From a virus: a DNA stretch of 64,000 nt. Where the stretch lies: positions 1 through 64,000 of the IMG/VR virus record IMGVR_UViG_3300017991_002758; one strand, 5' to 3'. Made by a program: the position numbers and the translations under genes. The notes beneath the pieces were generated by a model. It was given only the letters and a program-made list of their open reading frames with translations. It ran no database searches and was not told where the DNA came from. Below are positions 18,343 to 28,641 of the stretch, piece by piece. How positions within the stretch are numbered: position 1 is the first letter of the stretch; every line of letters starts with the position of its first letter.

Positions 18343-18565
18343 CCTGTTCCCAGAAGTCGATGATATTAAGCCAGGCCAGGTTTGGGTAGACATCGATATT
18401 GAACGCAGTGGGCAGCCTGATCCTATGGCGACTGTGGTGGTGAAGGAAATAGATGATGTTGGGATGATCGTCATACAATCTTCTATATTTGGAGACGCCA
18501 ATAACAAACCACCGCTATCGCCAGATTCCTTTCGGAAAAAGTACCGGCTGAAGACGGAGGAATAA
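18332..18565 (+). CDS. hypothetical protein
   Basis: IKPGQVWVD small-protein pattern; abuts the next gene. Confidence 0.5.
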   Translation: MKISLFPEVDDIKPGQVWVDIDIERSGQPDPMATVVVKEIDDVGMIVIQSSIFGDANNKPPLSPDSFRKKYRLKTEE

Positions 18566-19108
18566 ATGTCAGAAACATCACCGACGCCGTTTGCCAACGA
18601 AGTGCCGGCGTTCACTGTGAAATTGCCGTTGCCTGTTCCCGGCCGCATCGAGCCCATAACGGAGCTCAACTACCATTTTTACAAAAAGGAAGAACGGCCT
18701 TACAGTGCCGCGCCGCCAGAAGGCGGAGATACTGAAACAATCTATGCAGTGCTGTACAACTGCGAGAATGATTTCGGCGAGGATGTTACATTTTGTCTGA
18801 TAGCCAACTCTCTGTCTGGCTACGTGCCTGAAATGGTTGCGAAAGTGGCTTTGGCTTTCGCAAAAATCAATGCCCTTGAAGAAGCGTACAGCCGGCAAGA
18901 ACCGCCATTGCCACTGCCCGATAATCCGGTCATTGGCTATCCGCTTTTTAGCGAGGCATTATTGGCTGCCGACGGAAGCTTACGCCTGAGAGGATCATGC
19001 GCTGGCCTGCGGTATTTGGACGAGGATCATTTTGAATCAGTGGCATTATATGCCGACAAAATATTCTACACTCCGGAACCTCCTGAACCTCCCGGACCTG
19101 TAGATTAG
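18566..19108 (+). CDS. hypothetical protein
   Basis: GGAGG RBS. Confidence 0.6.
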   Translation: MSETSPTPFANEVPAFTVKLPLPVPGRIEPITELNYHFYKKEERPYSAAPPEGGDTETIYAVLYNCENDFGEDVTFCLIANSLSGYVPEMVAKVALAFAKINALEEAYSRQEPPLPLPDNPVIGYPLFSEALLAADGSLRLRGSCAGLRYLDEDHFESVALYADKIFYTPEPPEPPGPVD

Positions 19109-19116
19109 GAGGCGTC

Positions 19117-19512
19117 ATGGAATGGTACGATGGGAATTATGCCGTGCTGCCCGACGTTAACGAGCTGAGCCAGCGTCCGCACATCGGAAGGGGAGACATA
19201 GTGAAGCATAAGAGCGGCGCCATCATTCTGAGATGTCCGGCATGCGGCGCTGTTCAATTTGCTCGAGCACAGATCCTGAATTCCGATAAGGCGCCCACTC
19301 TAAGTCAGCCTGTTCATTGCGGTAGTGGTCATTGTCAGAAATGTGCCATCTGGTTCACGATCAAGAACGGCCGAGCGGAAAAGACGAAGGAACCGAAACC
19401 GGCCAAGGTTGAGCTCTCCAATAAACTCAAGGCCGCCGGCGTCGGCCCGGCCCGAGTTGAAAAAGATCCCAAGGTGAAACCGCGATTCAAACTGAAGGAC
19501 CTGAATAGGTGA
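19117..19512 (+). CDS. zinc-ribbon hypothetical protein
   Basis: AGGAGG RBS; CPAC...C...HCQKC. Confidence 0.6.
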   Translation: MEWYDGNYAVLPDVNELSQRPHIGRGDIVKHKSGAIILRCPACGAVQFARAQILNSDKAPTLSQPVHCGSGHCQKCAIWFTIKNGRAEKTKEPKPAKVELSNKLKAAGVGPARVEKDPKVKPRFKLKDLNR

Positions 19513-22500
19513 TAGCAGCGTATTCACAGCCGGCCGAAGGCTTCATGTCGCTGTGGCCGGTGACCGACCTGGGGAATGACCCGACACTTGCGTTCTGGAA
19601 GGCCGGAATACGTTCCTCGCAGGCCGGCGTGCCCATCGCCAAGGGCATGGCCCTGTTAATACTGGACGGCGCGAGGCCTCGTGCTGTGAGGCTTCAGGCC
19701 CGGGACCTGGCGGAAGCCCGGATGTTGGCGGTCAAGGCCTCGGTGGGCCACGAGGTAGTGCTGCTAAACGCCGTCGCCCAGGGCAAGCAAACCGTCTTCC
19801 GCCGGCGGGAGATTATCCGGCCCATGTCCGTTGCGGCCGCCTCCAAGGACGACAGCCTGTCCCTCGTTGGTCCTAACGGAGTGTTGGTGGAAAAGGCATT
19901 GTCGCCGTTCGATCCCAAGGATCAGCGCATCATTGCCAACAGACTCGCAAGTCAGATTGGGTACTACGAAAAGCTCGCGCTGGGCCCGAAGTTGGACAAG
20001 TGGATGGAAAGCCTGGACCGCAACTGGTCGAAGTTGAACGCCAACCAGATTTCGCGCGCCATCTCCCAGGCCCGGACTCAATTACGAAAGCTCATGGGCT
20101 CGAGCGCCAACAAGCTCATGCCAATGTGGAAACAGAAGATTGAGCTGACGCTGACTGGTGTGGTACGCGGCACAAAGAAAATTGTGCGCGCTAACTTCTT
20201 GCCGCAGATAGGCCAGTCGTTGAGCCAACCAGACCTTACCGCGATCAATAACATCACCAACCAACAGGGATTCTGGCTCAGGAATTCCGCCGGCGTGCGC
20301 GCCGATCATTTAACCAAGCAAGGTCAGACAATTATCAACGACGGTCTGAAGAAAGGCCTGGGCCGCGAGCAAATCGCCAGGGCGATAAGAGCAGGAGTGC
20401 CGGCCGCATGGCAGAAGTACGGCATGAATTATTTCAAGACGCTGTCTTCTGTTTCCGTGAGTCGCGCAAGGTCGTATTCTGAGGTTTCAGGCTACGTTGA
20501 AGCCGGCATTGAATCGCTGGAAATTCAGGCTGTGCTCGATGAGCGCACCACTGAAATATGCCGATGCCTGGACGGGCAGATCATTGAAACCCATCTGGTG
20601 AGTCAGCAGATAACAGGCACGATGAATTTGGCCTCGCCGGAAGACATCAGGGACGCCTCGCCATTCTTGAAGGTGGTGAATCGTGATGTGAAGGGCGACA
20701 CGATCAGGTCTATAGTAACGGCGAACAATAATAAACCCATCGCCGACATCACGCGATCTGGAATGGGCCGTGTAGATGACCGTGGTCAATTCAGCAGGTA
20801 CATGGCGAACAACCAGTTGCCCAACGAGAATATCGGTCCGCCACCGTACCATCATTTGTGAAGGTCATGGACGGTGCCGGTGGCATCGACGTCCCAAGTC
20901 CCGCGCAACACGGTTCCCCTGGCGGAGGGCAGCACACCAGTTCCTCCGCGGCCGATTAAACCAGGAGGTAGAATACTGCCAGGCGTAGGTCCGAGGCCTC
21001 AGTCATTGTCGAGAGCCCCGACGACGACCAATCCTGTCATGGTAGGCGACCCGGATCTCATTGAACGCTACCCATTCAGCGGCGACTTCTTCGATCCGCG
21101 GCCGTTGCCGAAGGTTCGATTGCCCAAAGGCAGAATGAATATGGGTGCTGTTTATCAGCGGTTCTATTTCGATCCCAAGAGTGGATATATCCGCGCTGGT
21201 GGCAATATCAGTAACGTCACATTGCCCAAAGATAAACTATTGCCCCCCACTTCCAATCTCACAAAGGAGCTCGCGCTTACTTCCGATACTTCCGGCGTTG
21301 CCATGCACGTTGAAAAGCTTGACGCTCAAACATTGAAGGACATTGTTCTTGCAGAATGGAAGCAGCCGGCGGCGCGCCGGGTATATCATATTCAGGCGAA
21401 TCTCACTGGCTCGGAGCAGTACATAAAATTCAACCACGATATGAAGGCCAACTCCAAACGATGGGAGAGCTGGTTGCGTTTGCGCTGCAATGATTCAAAT
21501 AGCATTGCCAATGCCCTGGCGAATCTTGAGAAAAAAGGGTTCATCCAAATGACGAAGGACCCGCAGGCAGCAACCTTCGGTTCACCTGGGCCCAAGATGC
21601 CTCGTCTTAAAAAACCAATACCCGGTGAGCCCATAAAGCCCAAGCCGGTGAAAGGTCCGAAGGTAATTCCAAAACCAAAGCCCACAGTCACCGAACCTAA
21701 AATTCCAGGGCAACCGCCAGAGCCAAAGCCCAAACCTAAACGGAAGCCGAAGCCGAAGCCGAAGCCGAAGCCAAAAGATCCGTACGCACAATATAAATAC
21801 GTGCGCAGCGAAAGGATGACCAAACAAATCGAAACGCGGATCAAGTTGGAAACTGCAAAGATAAAAGATGCAATGGCGGCAGAAGCCAGAGCCCTGGGCA
21901 AAGAGGCATTAGACAGTAGAGAACAAGCAGTTTTTTTGCGTAAATACTGCGCCCAGGCAACAGGCGAAGCGAAATTAACTGAAAAAGAGATCTCCAAGTT
22001 CACTAAAAAGATGACAGTGGCCGATAAGAAAGTACTCACGGATACTGTAAAGGGGAAAATTGAAGGGAGTTGGTCTGGAGTTTATTATGGTAGTACAACT
22101 AATCCCCAAATCACTTTGATGCCACAGCGAGAGCTAAACGAATTGTACCGCGATATGTCTTCTCATTTGAGCCCCAAGGTTTGGCAGCATGCAAAGAAAT
22201 ATGGATTGCCACGTGTTCATTGGGTCGATGGCCTACAGAGTGGTGCATATTATCAAGAAGCCAACAATACCATTGTGCTGCCGAGGGGAACCTCGTGGAA
22301 TAAAATGCAGGCAATTTTCAGACATGAATTTGGTCATTTCATAGACCGCCTGGGCTACAACAACATGGCCATAGATGTCGCCAGGCGGAGATGGGCAACC
22401 AGTGGCAGACTTACCAGATCGAAAGGTGGGTGGTCTTATTTAAAAGGCCTGTGGTATGACGACTATATGGGCAGGGTCTATCTTTATGAAAATGGAGCAC

Positions 22501-22676
22501 GGTATGTTAACAGAGGCGAGATACATAGCATGCTGAATGAGCTTTTTGCCGAAGCTCCGTATCGTTTTGGTGTTAGAAACAGCAAGGCACTTTATGCACT
22601 TAAGACCCAGTGGGAAACCAATCCGGAATCAATCGCACACTGGGTTGCATGGGCAAATGGAGCATATATTCCATGA
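19509..22676 (+). CDS. MuF/gp7-like head morphogenesis protein with C-terminal zincin domain; in-frame TGA at 20859-20861 (candidate selenocysteine)
   Basis: AVLDERTTEIC..LDG then PPYHHL[TGA]RSWTVP; ORFs 19509-20861 and 20874-22676 share one frame; Pro/Lys linker; GAYYQ...TIVL...RHEFGHFID. Confidence 0.8.
20862..20894 (+). promoter_or_regulatory. candidate bacterial SECIS hairpin
   Basis: GGACG-GTGCC[GGT]GGCAT-(CGA bulge)-CGTCC at 20869-20894; G-starting loop 17 nt after the TGA. Confidence 0.65.
21720..21775 (+). repeat. Lys-Pro dipeptide repeat (AAGCCG units)
   Basis: KPKPKRKPKPKPKPKPK linker in the MuF extension. Confidence 0.8.
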
Positions 22677-23056
22677 TAGAAAAACAATTTAGTTGGCAGG
22701 GGTTAGGAAGGATGAACATAGTCACCAGACAGAATGAACATGTGGCAACTTTCGAATTCAAGGGAACGGTTGCCACCGGAAAAGGCGAATGGACCTGGTT
22801 CAAGGATGATCAGGTCAGGAAAAAAATAGAGAATGCGATTACAGCGGGAAAAGAAAGGTTGGGGAATTTGGAGGTCAGTGACATGGTCAATAATGCTGTA
22901 AAAGTTAAAGTGTGGAAGGGGTTCTCAGGCATGTACGGTGGGCTCATCAACTCATTGCCCACCTTCGGTTTAGACGTGGACAGGGATACAATACAATGGC
23001 CCGGAGGGATACTTGAAAACGGAGGAAAGATTGACGACGAGCTAGGTCTCGAATAA
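22673..23056 (+). CDS. putative immunity protein for the MuF C-terminal domain
   Basis: Small, visibly AT-richer ORF with ATGA overlap on the toxin stop; positional inference. Confidence 0.5.
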   Translation: MIEKQFSWQGLGRMNIVTRQNEHVATFEFKGTVATGKGEWTWFKDDQVRKKIENAITAGKERLGNLEVSDMVNNAVKVKVWKGFSGMYGGLINSLPTFGLDVDRDTIQWPGGILENGGKIDDELGLE

Positions 23057-23075
23057 AATAGTCAATATGTCCGAG

Positions 23076-23105
23076 TTGACAGGGGAGTAACCATGGGGTT
23101 ATGTT
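23076..23105 (+). promoter_or_regulatory. sigma70-like promoter for head genes
   Basis: TTGACA-N18-TATGTT in intergenic DNA. Confidence 0.5.
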
Positions 23106-23113
23106 TATAAAAA

Positions 23114-23479
23114 ATGGAAGTCCTAATCCCGAATAGCTTTTCGGCGACGAAAACACCGTTTGCAGATCTGGTTACCAATCAGAAGGATCTCCTTCGCGTT
23201 TTCAGATTATTCGAGCGTGAGTTGAAAAATTCATTCGCAGAGGATGAGCGCCGAATGGGCCGGGCCTTCCGGGAAAGGGTGCAGACGCAGGCAGAGTTGA
23301 AGCGACGTTCCGAAATAATGGCGCGTTGGTTCAGAGTGTTTCGTGGTGACCTTGGATATTCCATATCGCAATGCGAAATGGAAATAGGCAAGGCACTTCG
23401 ATCAGAACTTGACGGTACACTTTTCACGCCGGTTGCGGCCTTGAGGTCGTATGGCGTGCCGGAAGGAGAACCCAGATGA
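23114..23479 (+). CDS. hypothetical protein
   Basis: ORF with ATGA overlap to the next gene. Confidence 0.6.
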   Translation: MEVLIPNSFSATKTPFADLVTNQKDLLRVFRLFERELKNSFAEDERRMGRAFRERVQTQAELKRRSEIMARWFRVFRGDLGYSISQCEMEIGKALRSELDGTLFTPVAALRSYGVPEGEPR

Positions 23480-24465
23480 CAAAGAAATTTTTGCAAATCG
23501 TTGCTCGCCATAAAGCTCTTGCGCAAAAGGCAGCCGCTGGCAAAGCCGACGAAAAAGAGCTGGCCGAGCTTGAAAAACTGAGCAAGGCAATCGATGCCGC
23601 AGTTGGCACCGACGACTCGGCGCCGGCGGAAACCACGCTGATGACCATGTCACTCAAAGAGTACCAGGAGTGGCATGAGACGGCAGTGAAGAGCATCGAA
23701 GCCGGCGAAGCCGACGAGAAGTTGCTTGCGCTGGTGAAGCGCAACCTGGCCGCGGTGAAGGCTCAGAAGAAAACCAAATCCGACGAGCTGGTTGCTGTGG
23801 AGATGCCGGTGGCAAAATCCGCAGAGGATAAATTCACCGCGCTCGAGGATCGCATCGCTGAGCTGGAAGCCAAGCTGAAGGCCAAAGACGAAGGTGACAG
23901 TTCGGGCAAACCGACAGACGATGACGACGCCGGCGAAGATGACGGAGAGCCGTCGTCCAAACAGGACGGTAAGTCCACGGCCCAGGCGTTGGCGATGGAA
24001 GCCATCGATGCCCTGCTCGAGAAGTACGGCAAAATCAAGGCCTTGGTAGATAGCGGTTCCCTCACCAAGGAGAGCATGCGGGATCTTTACGAAGGCGACT
24101 GGCAACTGAAGGACATCCTTAGCCAGGCGGCCGCCATCATGGCCAAGGCCGACGAGCTGAAGTCTGCGCTCGAAGCCTGTTTGCCAGAGCTGGAGAAGCT
24201 GGCCAAAGCCGAGGGACCCGAGGATGAGGACGGCGACGGTGAAGGCGACGGTGAAGGCGACGAGGACGGCGCTGGCGACGACGAGGGCGACGGTGAAGGG
24301 GAAGGCGGCGAAGGCGGCGAGGAAGAGGCTAGCAAGGGCGACGGCGAGGATGGCAACAAAGTCTCCGAGGCCTGGAGTATGGGCACGGATCTGTCGCCCA
24401 AAATCGAGCCCGAGGAGCACGCGAAGGAAATACAGAAGGCCTCGAAAAACCGAACCGGCTTATAG
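23476..24465 (+). CDS. acidic coiled-coil head scaffolding-like protein
   Basis: Helical Ala/Glu/Lys-rich with GDGE repeats; located in the head module. Confidence 0.55.
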   Translation: MTKKFLQIVARHKALAQKAAAGKADEKELAELEKLSKAIDAAVGTDDSAPAETTLMTMSLKEYQEWHETAVKSIEAGEADEKLLALVKRNLAAVKAQKKTKSDELVAVEMPVAKSAEDKFTALEDRIAELEAKLKAKDEGDSSGKPTDDDDAGEDDGEPSSKQDGKSTAQALAMEAIDALLEKYGKIKALVDSGSLTKESMRDLYEGDWQLKDILSQAAAIMAKADELKSALEACLPELEKLAKAEGPEDEDGDGEGDGEGDEDGAGDDEGDGEGEGGEGGEEEASKGDGEDGNKVSEAWSMGTDLSPKIEPEEHAKEIQKASKNRTGL

Positions 24466-24486
24466 GCCGAGAACGCGGAGGTTCCC

Positions 24487-25518
24487 GTGGAAATCGGCAT
24501 ATACACATCGAGCCGGGAGAATAACGACGGAATTCCTATCTCCTTTTTCGGTGGCAGCGATGAACAGCTCATCAAGGCTCTGTACAAGGCCGCGCTGGAT
24601 ATAACAGGGCCAGGCCTAGAGAGATTCGATCCCGAGCCCGGAATGCGCGTCAAGAAGGTTGGCGAAATCCGCATCGCGGCAGTGGACGACGACGCGGTAT
24701 ATGTCGTTCAAGCTGATGAAGCAGCCAAGCCCGAAGGCGGACGCACACCATCGGGAGAGAATGGTACCTGGGCGATTCAATCGCTGATATTCAACAAGGA
24801 TCATTTCACGCTAGACCAGGCGAGGAAATGGATTCAAGACCACAAAGGATTTGGGGACTACGGCGCCGACGAAACGAGCTCGTCGTTTCGATTCCGGCAA
24901 TACGATCCTCAGTACTTCTCCGAATTTCGGACGATAACCATTGATACCGGCATCAGTGCCGCGTACGGGAAAATAAGCAAGGACGTCGAACGGAATGAGG
25001 AGGAATCGAAGAAGGCCCTAGAGGAGAGCATCACTCGTTACTCGGCAATACGCAAGATTAACGAAGGCATCCTCGCCAAAGGGCTCAAACTGTTGGCTGG
25101 TTCAGCGCGGATTTATAAATCCGAAGACGGCAAAGAAGAAGAGCGTTTCGTCATGAGCCTGGTGTTGGAGCCCAATGATGGCGAAGACGGAGCGCCGCTG
25201 AAACCGGACACGCAAAAGGACATCTATTCTAAATTCGACATCCGCAAGGCATGTCATTACTGGATGGAACATGGCGGCGCAGTCGACCTGGCGCATTCGT
25301 GGAAAGCGTTGGGCAACGACAAGGTCCGCACCCTGGAAAATTATATCGCGCCGTGCGACTTTAAACTGGGCGAGGGTAAAAAGTCATATGATGTCGTTGA
25401 AGGCACGTGGCTTTTGGCTCTCAGGATATGCGACGATGATCTGTGGTCCGGCGTTAAGTCGGGCAAGATCGGCGCGTATTCCATTGGCGGAACGGCATAC
25501 AGGGAAGAAGTCGGTTAA
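24487..25518 (+). CDS. XkdF-like prohead serine protease
   Basis: VLEP..DTQKD.YS..DIRKACH.WM, VD.AH, ENYIAP.DF, GTWL...D.LW..VK.G...YSIGG. Confidence 0.85.
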   Translation: MEIGIYTSSRENNDGIPISFFGGSDEQLIKALYKAALDITGPGLERFDPEPGMRVKKVGEIRIAAVDDDAVYVVQADEAAKPEGGRTPSGENGTWAIQSLIFNKDHFTLDQARKWIQDHKGFGDYGADETSSSFRFRQYDPQYFSEFRTITIDTGISAAYGKISKDVERNEEESKKALEESITRYSAIRKINEGILAKGLKLLAGSARIYKSEDGKEEERFVMSLVLEPNDGEDGAPLKPDTQKDIYSKFDIRKACHYWMEHGGAVDLAHSWKALGNDKVRTLENYIAPCDFKLGEGKKSYDVVEGTWLLALRICDDDLWSGVKSGKIGAYSIGGTAYREEVG

Positions 25519-25529
25519 GGGAGGCTGAA

Positions 25530-26813
25530 ATGGACCCAACAAAGCGAATCAACATTGCCAAAGGTGACAAGCCCGAAGGCGATGACGAGGAAAAGACCTT
25601 TCGTCTCACTGGTATTGAACCTGACTTCGTCGCATTGGTGACCGCTGGCGCCAATCGCCAAAGGGAATTTCAGGTAGTGAAATCCGATGAGCAGGGCCTC
25701 GGTCCTGGCGGTAAATGCGTTTGCACCGAATGTGGATTCGAGATGGAGCACGCAACGGGCATGAAGTGCAACGAGCAGAAGTGTCCCAAGTGCGGTGCTG
25801 CAATGACGCGCAAGGACGATGGGGAAGACGAGATCCCAGAGGATTTCGACATGGATGCCATGGAAGAGCATCTGGCGAAATTCACCGGGTCTCCGCGCAA
25901 TCGTTTCGGAACGCACTCGAGCTACAAGTTCAAGGGCAATTATGCCGAGGCATGGAAGCTGCATTTCAGCCAGCACGCCGGCGGCAAGCCAGGTGCGGCA
26001 GCAACCGGACCGATCCGTGGCACCGTGCGGCGCGTCGAGATGATAGCCGCGGCAATGAAGCCAGTTTGCAAACTGCCAACCACGGACGACATCCCGGCCC
26101 GAGGCGGAGATGACAGTCCGCTGACGGGCACATACCCGGAAACGCCCAGCGCCTACGGATTAAGCGCATGGGATAAACCGGAAGACGAAAAGGATCGCGA
26201 AGGCATGAAGCTTTCATGCAGCGACCTGGAAGTCATTAAGCGTGCGGCCTTGGCGGAAGTAAAACGCCGGGCCGAGGACGCAGAAAAGAAAAATGAATCC
26301 GGCAAAGCCGGTGACAGCGATGCCGATGAAGGCGACGGAAATAACAACGACGGCAGCGGTAACTCCGATACGGATGCCATTGATCTGACATCCTGGCTCG
26401 AAGAAGCAGGAGACAAAGTCGATGACCTCTCACTGGACAATGCGCTCCAGCGAGCACTCGACGCCCAGGCCGACGATGATTCCGATGCCAGCGCATCGTC
26501 CAAAGAGGCCGAGATCAACAACACGGATTCGCCTACCGTGGCAAAGGTCGGGGAAGAGGTACAGGATGAAGAGGACCCGCGAGATGCCAAGATCGCAGAG
26601 CTGGAAGCGAAGCTGAAAAAGCAATCGCGCGAGCTCAACAAAGCGAAGGCAAAAAGCGCACGCCTCGCAAAAGGCGTCGGGCAATCGAGCGTCATGGTGA
26701 CCGGAGAGTTTACCAGCGCAGATCGGCAGCAACCCGGCGAACAAGAAAGTCCCAGCAAAGGCACATTTTCAAGCGGCGGAGATATGTCCGCGGCCGTTGC
26801 TGGAAAGGGCTAA
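25530..26813 (+). CDS. scaffold/protease-associated protein with Zn finger
   Basis: L...EPDFVALV..GAN segment, GPGGKCVC..C...H...C...CPKCG finger, acidic and coiled-coil C-terminus just before the capsid gene. Confidence 0.65.
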   Translation: MDPTKRINIAKGDKPEGDDEEKTFRLTGIEPDFVALVTAGANRQREFQVVKSDEQGLGPGGKCVCTECGFEMEHATGMKCNEQKCPKCGAAMTRKDDGEDEIPEDFDMDAMEEHLAKFTGSPRNRFGTHSSYKFKGNYAEAWKLHFSQHAGGKPGAAATGPIRGTVRRVEMIAAAMKPVCKLPTTDDIPARGGDDSPLTGTYPETPSAYGLSAWDKPEDEKDREGMKLSCSDLEVIKRAALAEVKRRAEDAEKKNESGKAGDSDADEGDGNNNDGSGNSDTDAIDLTSWLEEAGDKVDDLSLDNALQRALDAQADDDSDASASSKEAEINNTDSPTVAKVGEEVQDEEDPRDAKIAELEAKLKKQSRELNKAKAKSARLAKGVGQSSVMVTGEFTSADRQQPGEQESPSKGTFSSGGDMSAAVAGKG

Positions 26814-26845
26814 CAACAACCGACTCGACACGGAGGAGAAACGAA

Positions 26846-27784
26846 ATGGCAACCCCAAACAAAACAATCATGGCCAAGGCCGACATGGAGGTCGCGGACC
26901 TCATAGCGGACGGTGGCTACCTGCAGGATGAGCAAGCGGAAAGCTTCCTCGTCGACGTCATCAAGGAGAGCGTACTGTTGCGCCGGATCAACGTCCAGAC
27001 AACGCGCTCCCACACGAAGCTCATCGACAAGGTGGGCATCAACGGACGTGTGCTGAGGCCGGGCACCAGCGGTCACGCACTGGCCGCGTCCGACCGGGTC
27101 AAGCCCACTACCGACCAGGTGACGTTGAACACGCATCTCATGAAGGCGGAGATCCGTCTCAATGACGAGGTGCTCGAGGACAATATCGAGAGCGGGAAAT
27201 TCAAGAACACGGTGATGGCCATGATGGCCGAGCACGTGGCGCTCGATATGGACGACCTGGCCGCCAACGGCGACACCACGTCGACCGATCCGTTGCTCGC
27301 GCTGTTCGACGGTATGATCGCTTCCGCGGTCACGAACATCGTCAACGGCGGAACCAACCCCATCGCGAAGTCGATGCTCAAAGACGCGATCAAGGCCATG
27401 CCTTCGCAATACAACCGGATGAAGAGGAACCAGCAGTTCCTCACTTCCGAGGACGCGCAGATCGACTACCACGACTACCTGGCCGACCGCGCAACCGGGC
27501 TGGGCGACGCGAAGATTCAGGACGATTCGATGGACCGCTACGGCAACCGTGCCATCGTCCCCGTTCCGGTATTCCCCGACGACCTCGGCGTGGGCAACGA
27601 CGAGACCGTCTGCCTGCTTCTGGATCCGAAGGAAGCAGTATGGGGAGTCTGGAGAAAAGTCCGAGTGGAAACCGACCGAGACATCACCACGGGCGAGTGG
27701 ATCATGGTCACGTCCGTCAGGGCCGGGTTCGTTTACAGGCGCGAGGATGCGGTCGTAAAGATCATCGGAGTCCAGACCCAGTAA
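26846..27784 (+). CDS. major capsid protein (HK97 fold, XkdG-like)
   Basis: GGYLQDEQAESFL, EVLEDNIE, NGD.T.DPLL..FDG, C-terminal EDAVV; size and position. Confidence 0.92.
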   Translation: MATPNKTIMAKADMEVADLIADGGYLQDEQAESFLVDVIKESVLLRRINVQTTRSHTKLIDKVGINGRVLRPGTSGHALAASDRVKPTTDQVTLNTHLMKAEIRLNDEVLEDNIESGKFKNTVMAMMAEHVALDMDDLAANGDTTSTDPLLALFDGMIASAVTNIVNGGTNPIAKSMLKDAIKAMPSQYNRMKRNQQFLTSEDAQIDYHDYLADRATGLGDAKIQDDSMDRYGNRAIVPVPVFPDDLGVGNDETVCLLLDPKEAVWGVWRKVRVETDRDITTGEWIMVTSVRAGFVYRREDAVVKIIGVQTQ

Positions 27785-27844
27785 CGGTGCTCGCTGCAGT
27801 TGGTCCCATTAAAAAGTGAGGCCGACAGGAAGGATTGAAAAAAG

Positions 27845-28555
27845 ATGTCTGTAACAGCAGTACCACAAGAACACTTCAGCGGAGCGAGAGCAGTCACGAA
27901 CGCGCCGGGTGGCGCAGACAATCGCGATCTCCGCACGCTACTCAACCAAATAATCGCGCTCGCAAATCAGAACGAGCTGGACATAGCAGGGCTCGGTAGT
28001 CCTCTCCAGCTCAAGGGCGCGATTGCCGTGGCCGCGGACTTTCCGACTTCGGCCGCAGTGGAAACCGGGTGGTCGTATCTCATTTCCGCAGATGTGACCG
28101 ACAACGACGCAACAAAGACCAACACCGGACAGTCGTTCAAGGCCGGCGACGAGATAGCCTGGAACGGCACCAACTGGACCAGGCTGGGTCGCAATGTCAC
28201 GGAGCTGAAGGAGAGCGATCTCCAGGGAGCGGCCGCAACCGCAACCGTCACCAAGTTCATCGCTTCCGCGGCAGGCAAAATCAATTCGGTTAAGGCGTTG
28301 GCCGGAACCGCAGCAGCGGCCGGCGAGAGCATGACCGTGGACGTCCGGATCAATGGCGTCAGCTGCTTGACCTCGGCCATCACCATCGACGACAGTTCGG
28401 GCACCTCAGTGGAGGATGGAGCAATCGATACCGCGGCGAATACCCTGGCGGCAGACGACGTGGTGGACATTGTGAGAACCTACACAGCAGGCGGAGGTCC
28501 GACGCCGATGGCGGATACCCTGGTTTCCATCGGGTACGAGGAAGCGGTCGGCTAA
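27845..28555 (+). CDS. putative head decoration protein
   Basis: Ala/Thr-rich, GD.IAWNGT.W; follows the capsid gene. Confidence 0.5.
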   Translation: MSVTAVPQEHFSGARAVTNAPGGADNRDLRTLLNQIIALANQNELDIAGLGSPLQLKGAIAVAADFPTSAAVETGWSYLISADVTDNDATKTNTGQSFKAGDEIAWNGTNWTRLGRNVTELKESDLQGAAATATVTKFIASAAGKINSVKALAGTAAAAGESMTVDVRINGVSCLTSAITIDDSSGTSVEDGAIDTAANTLAADDVVDIVRTYTAGGGPTPMADTLVSIGYEEAVG

Positions 28556-28641
28556 TAGCTGGTCGCAGCTCGGCATTGCAGTAGCCGGGCAATGATGAAA
28601 GCGAAAAAGCTCGGGCACTGGCCCGAAAAAAGGAGATCGAA

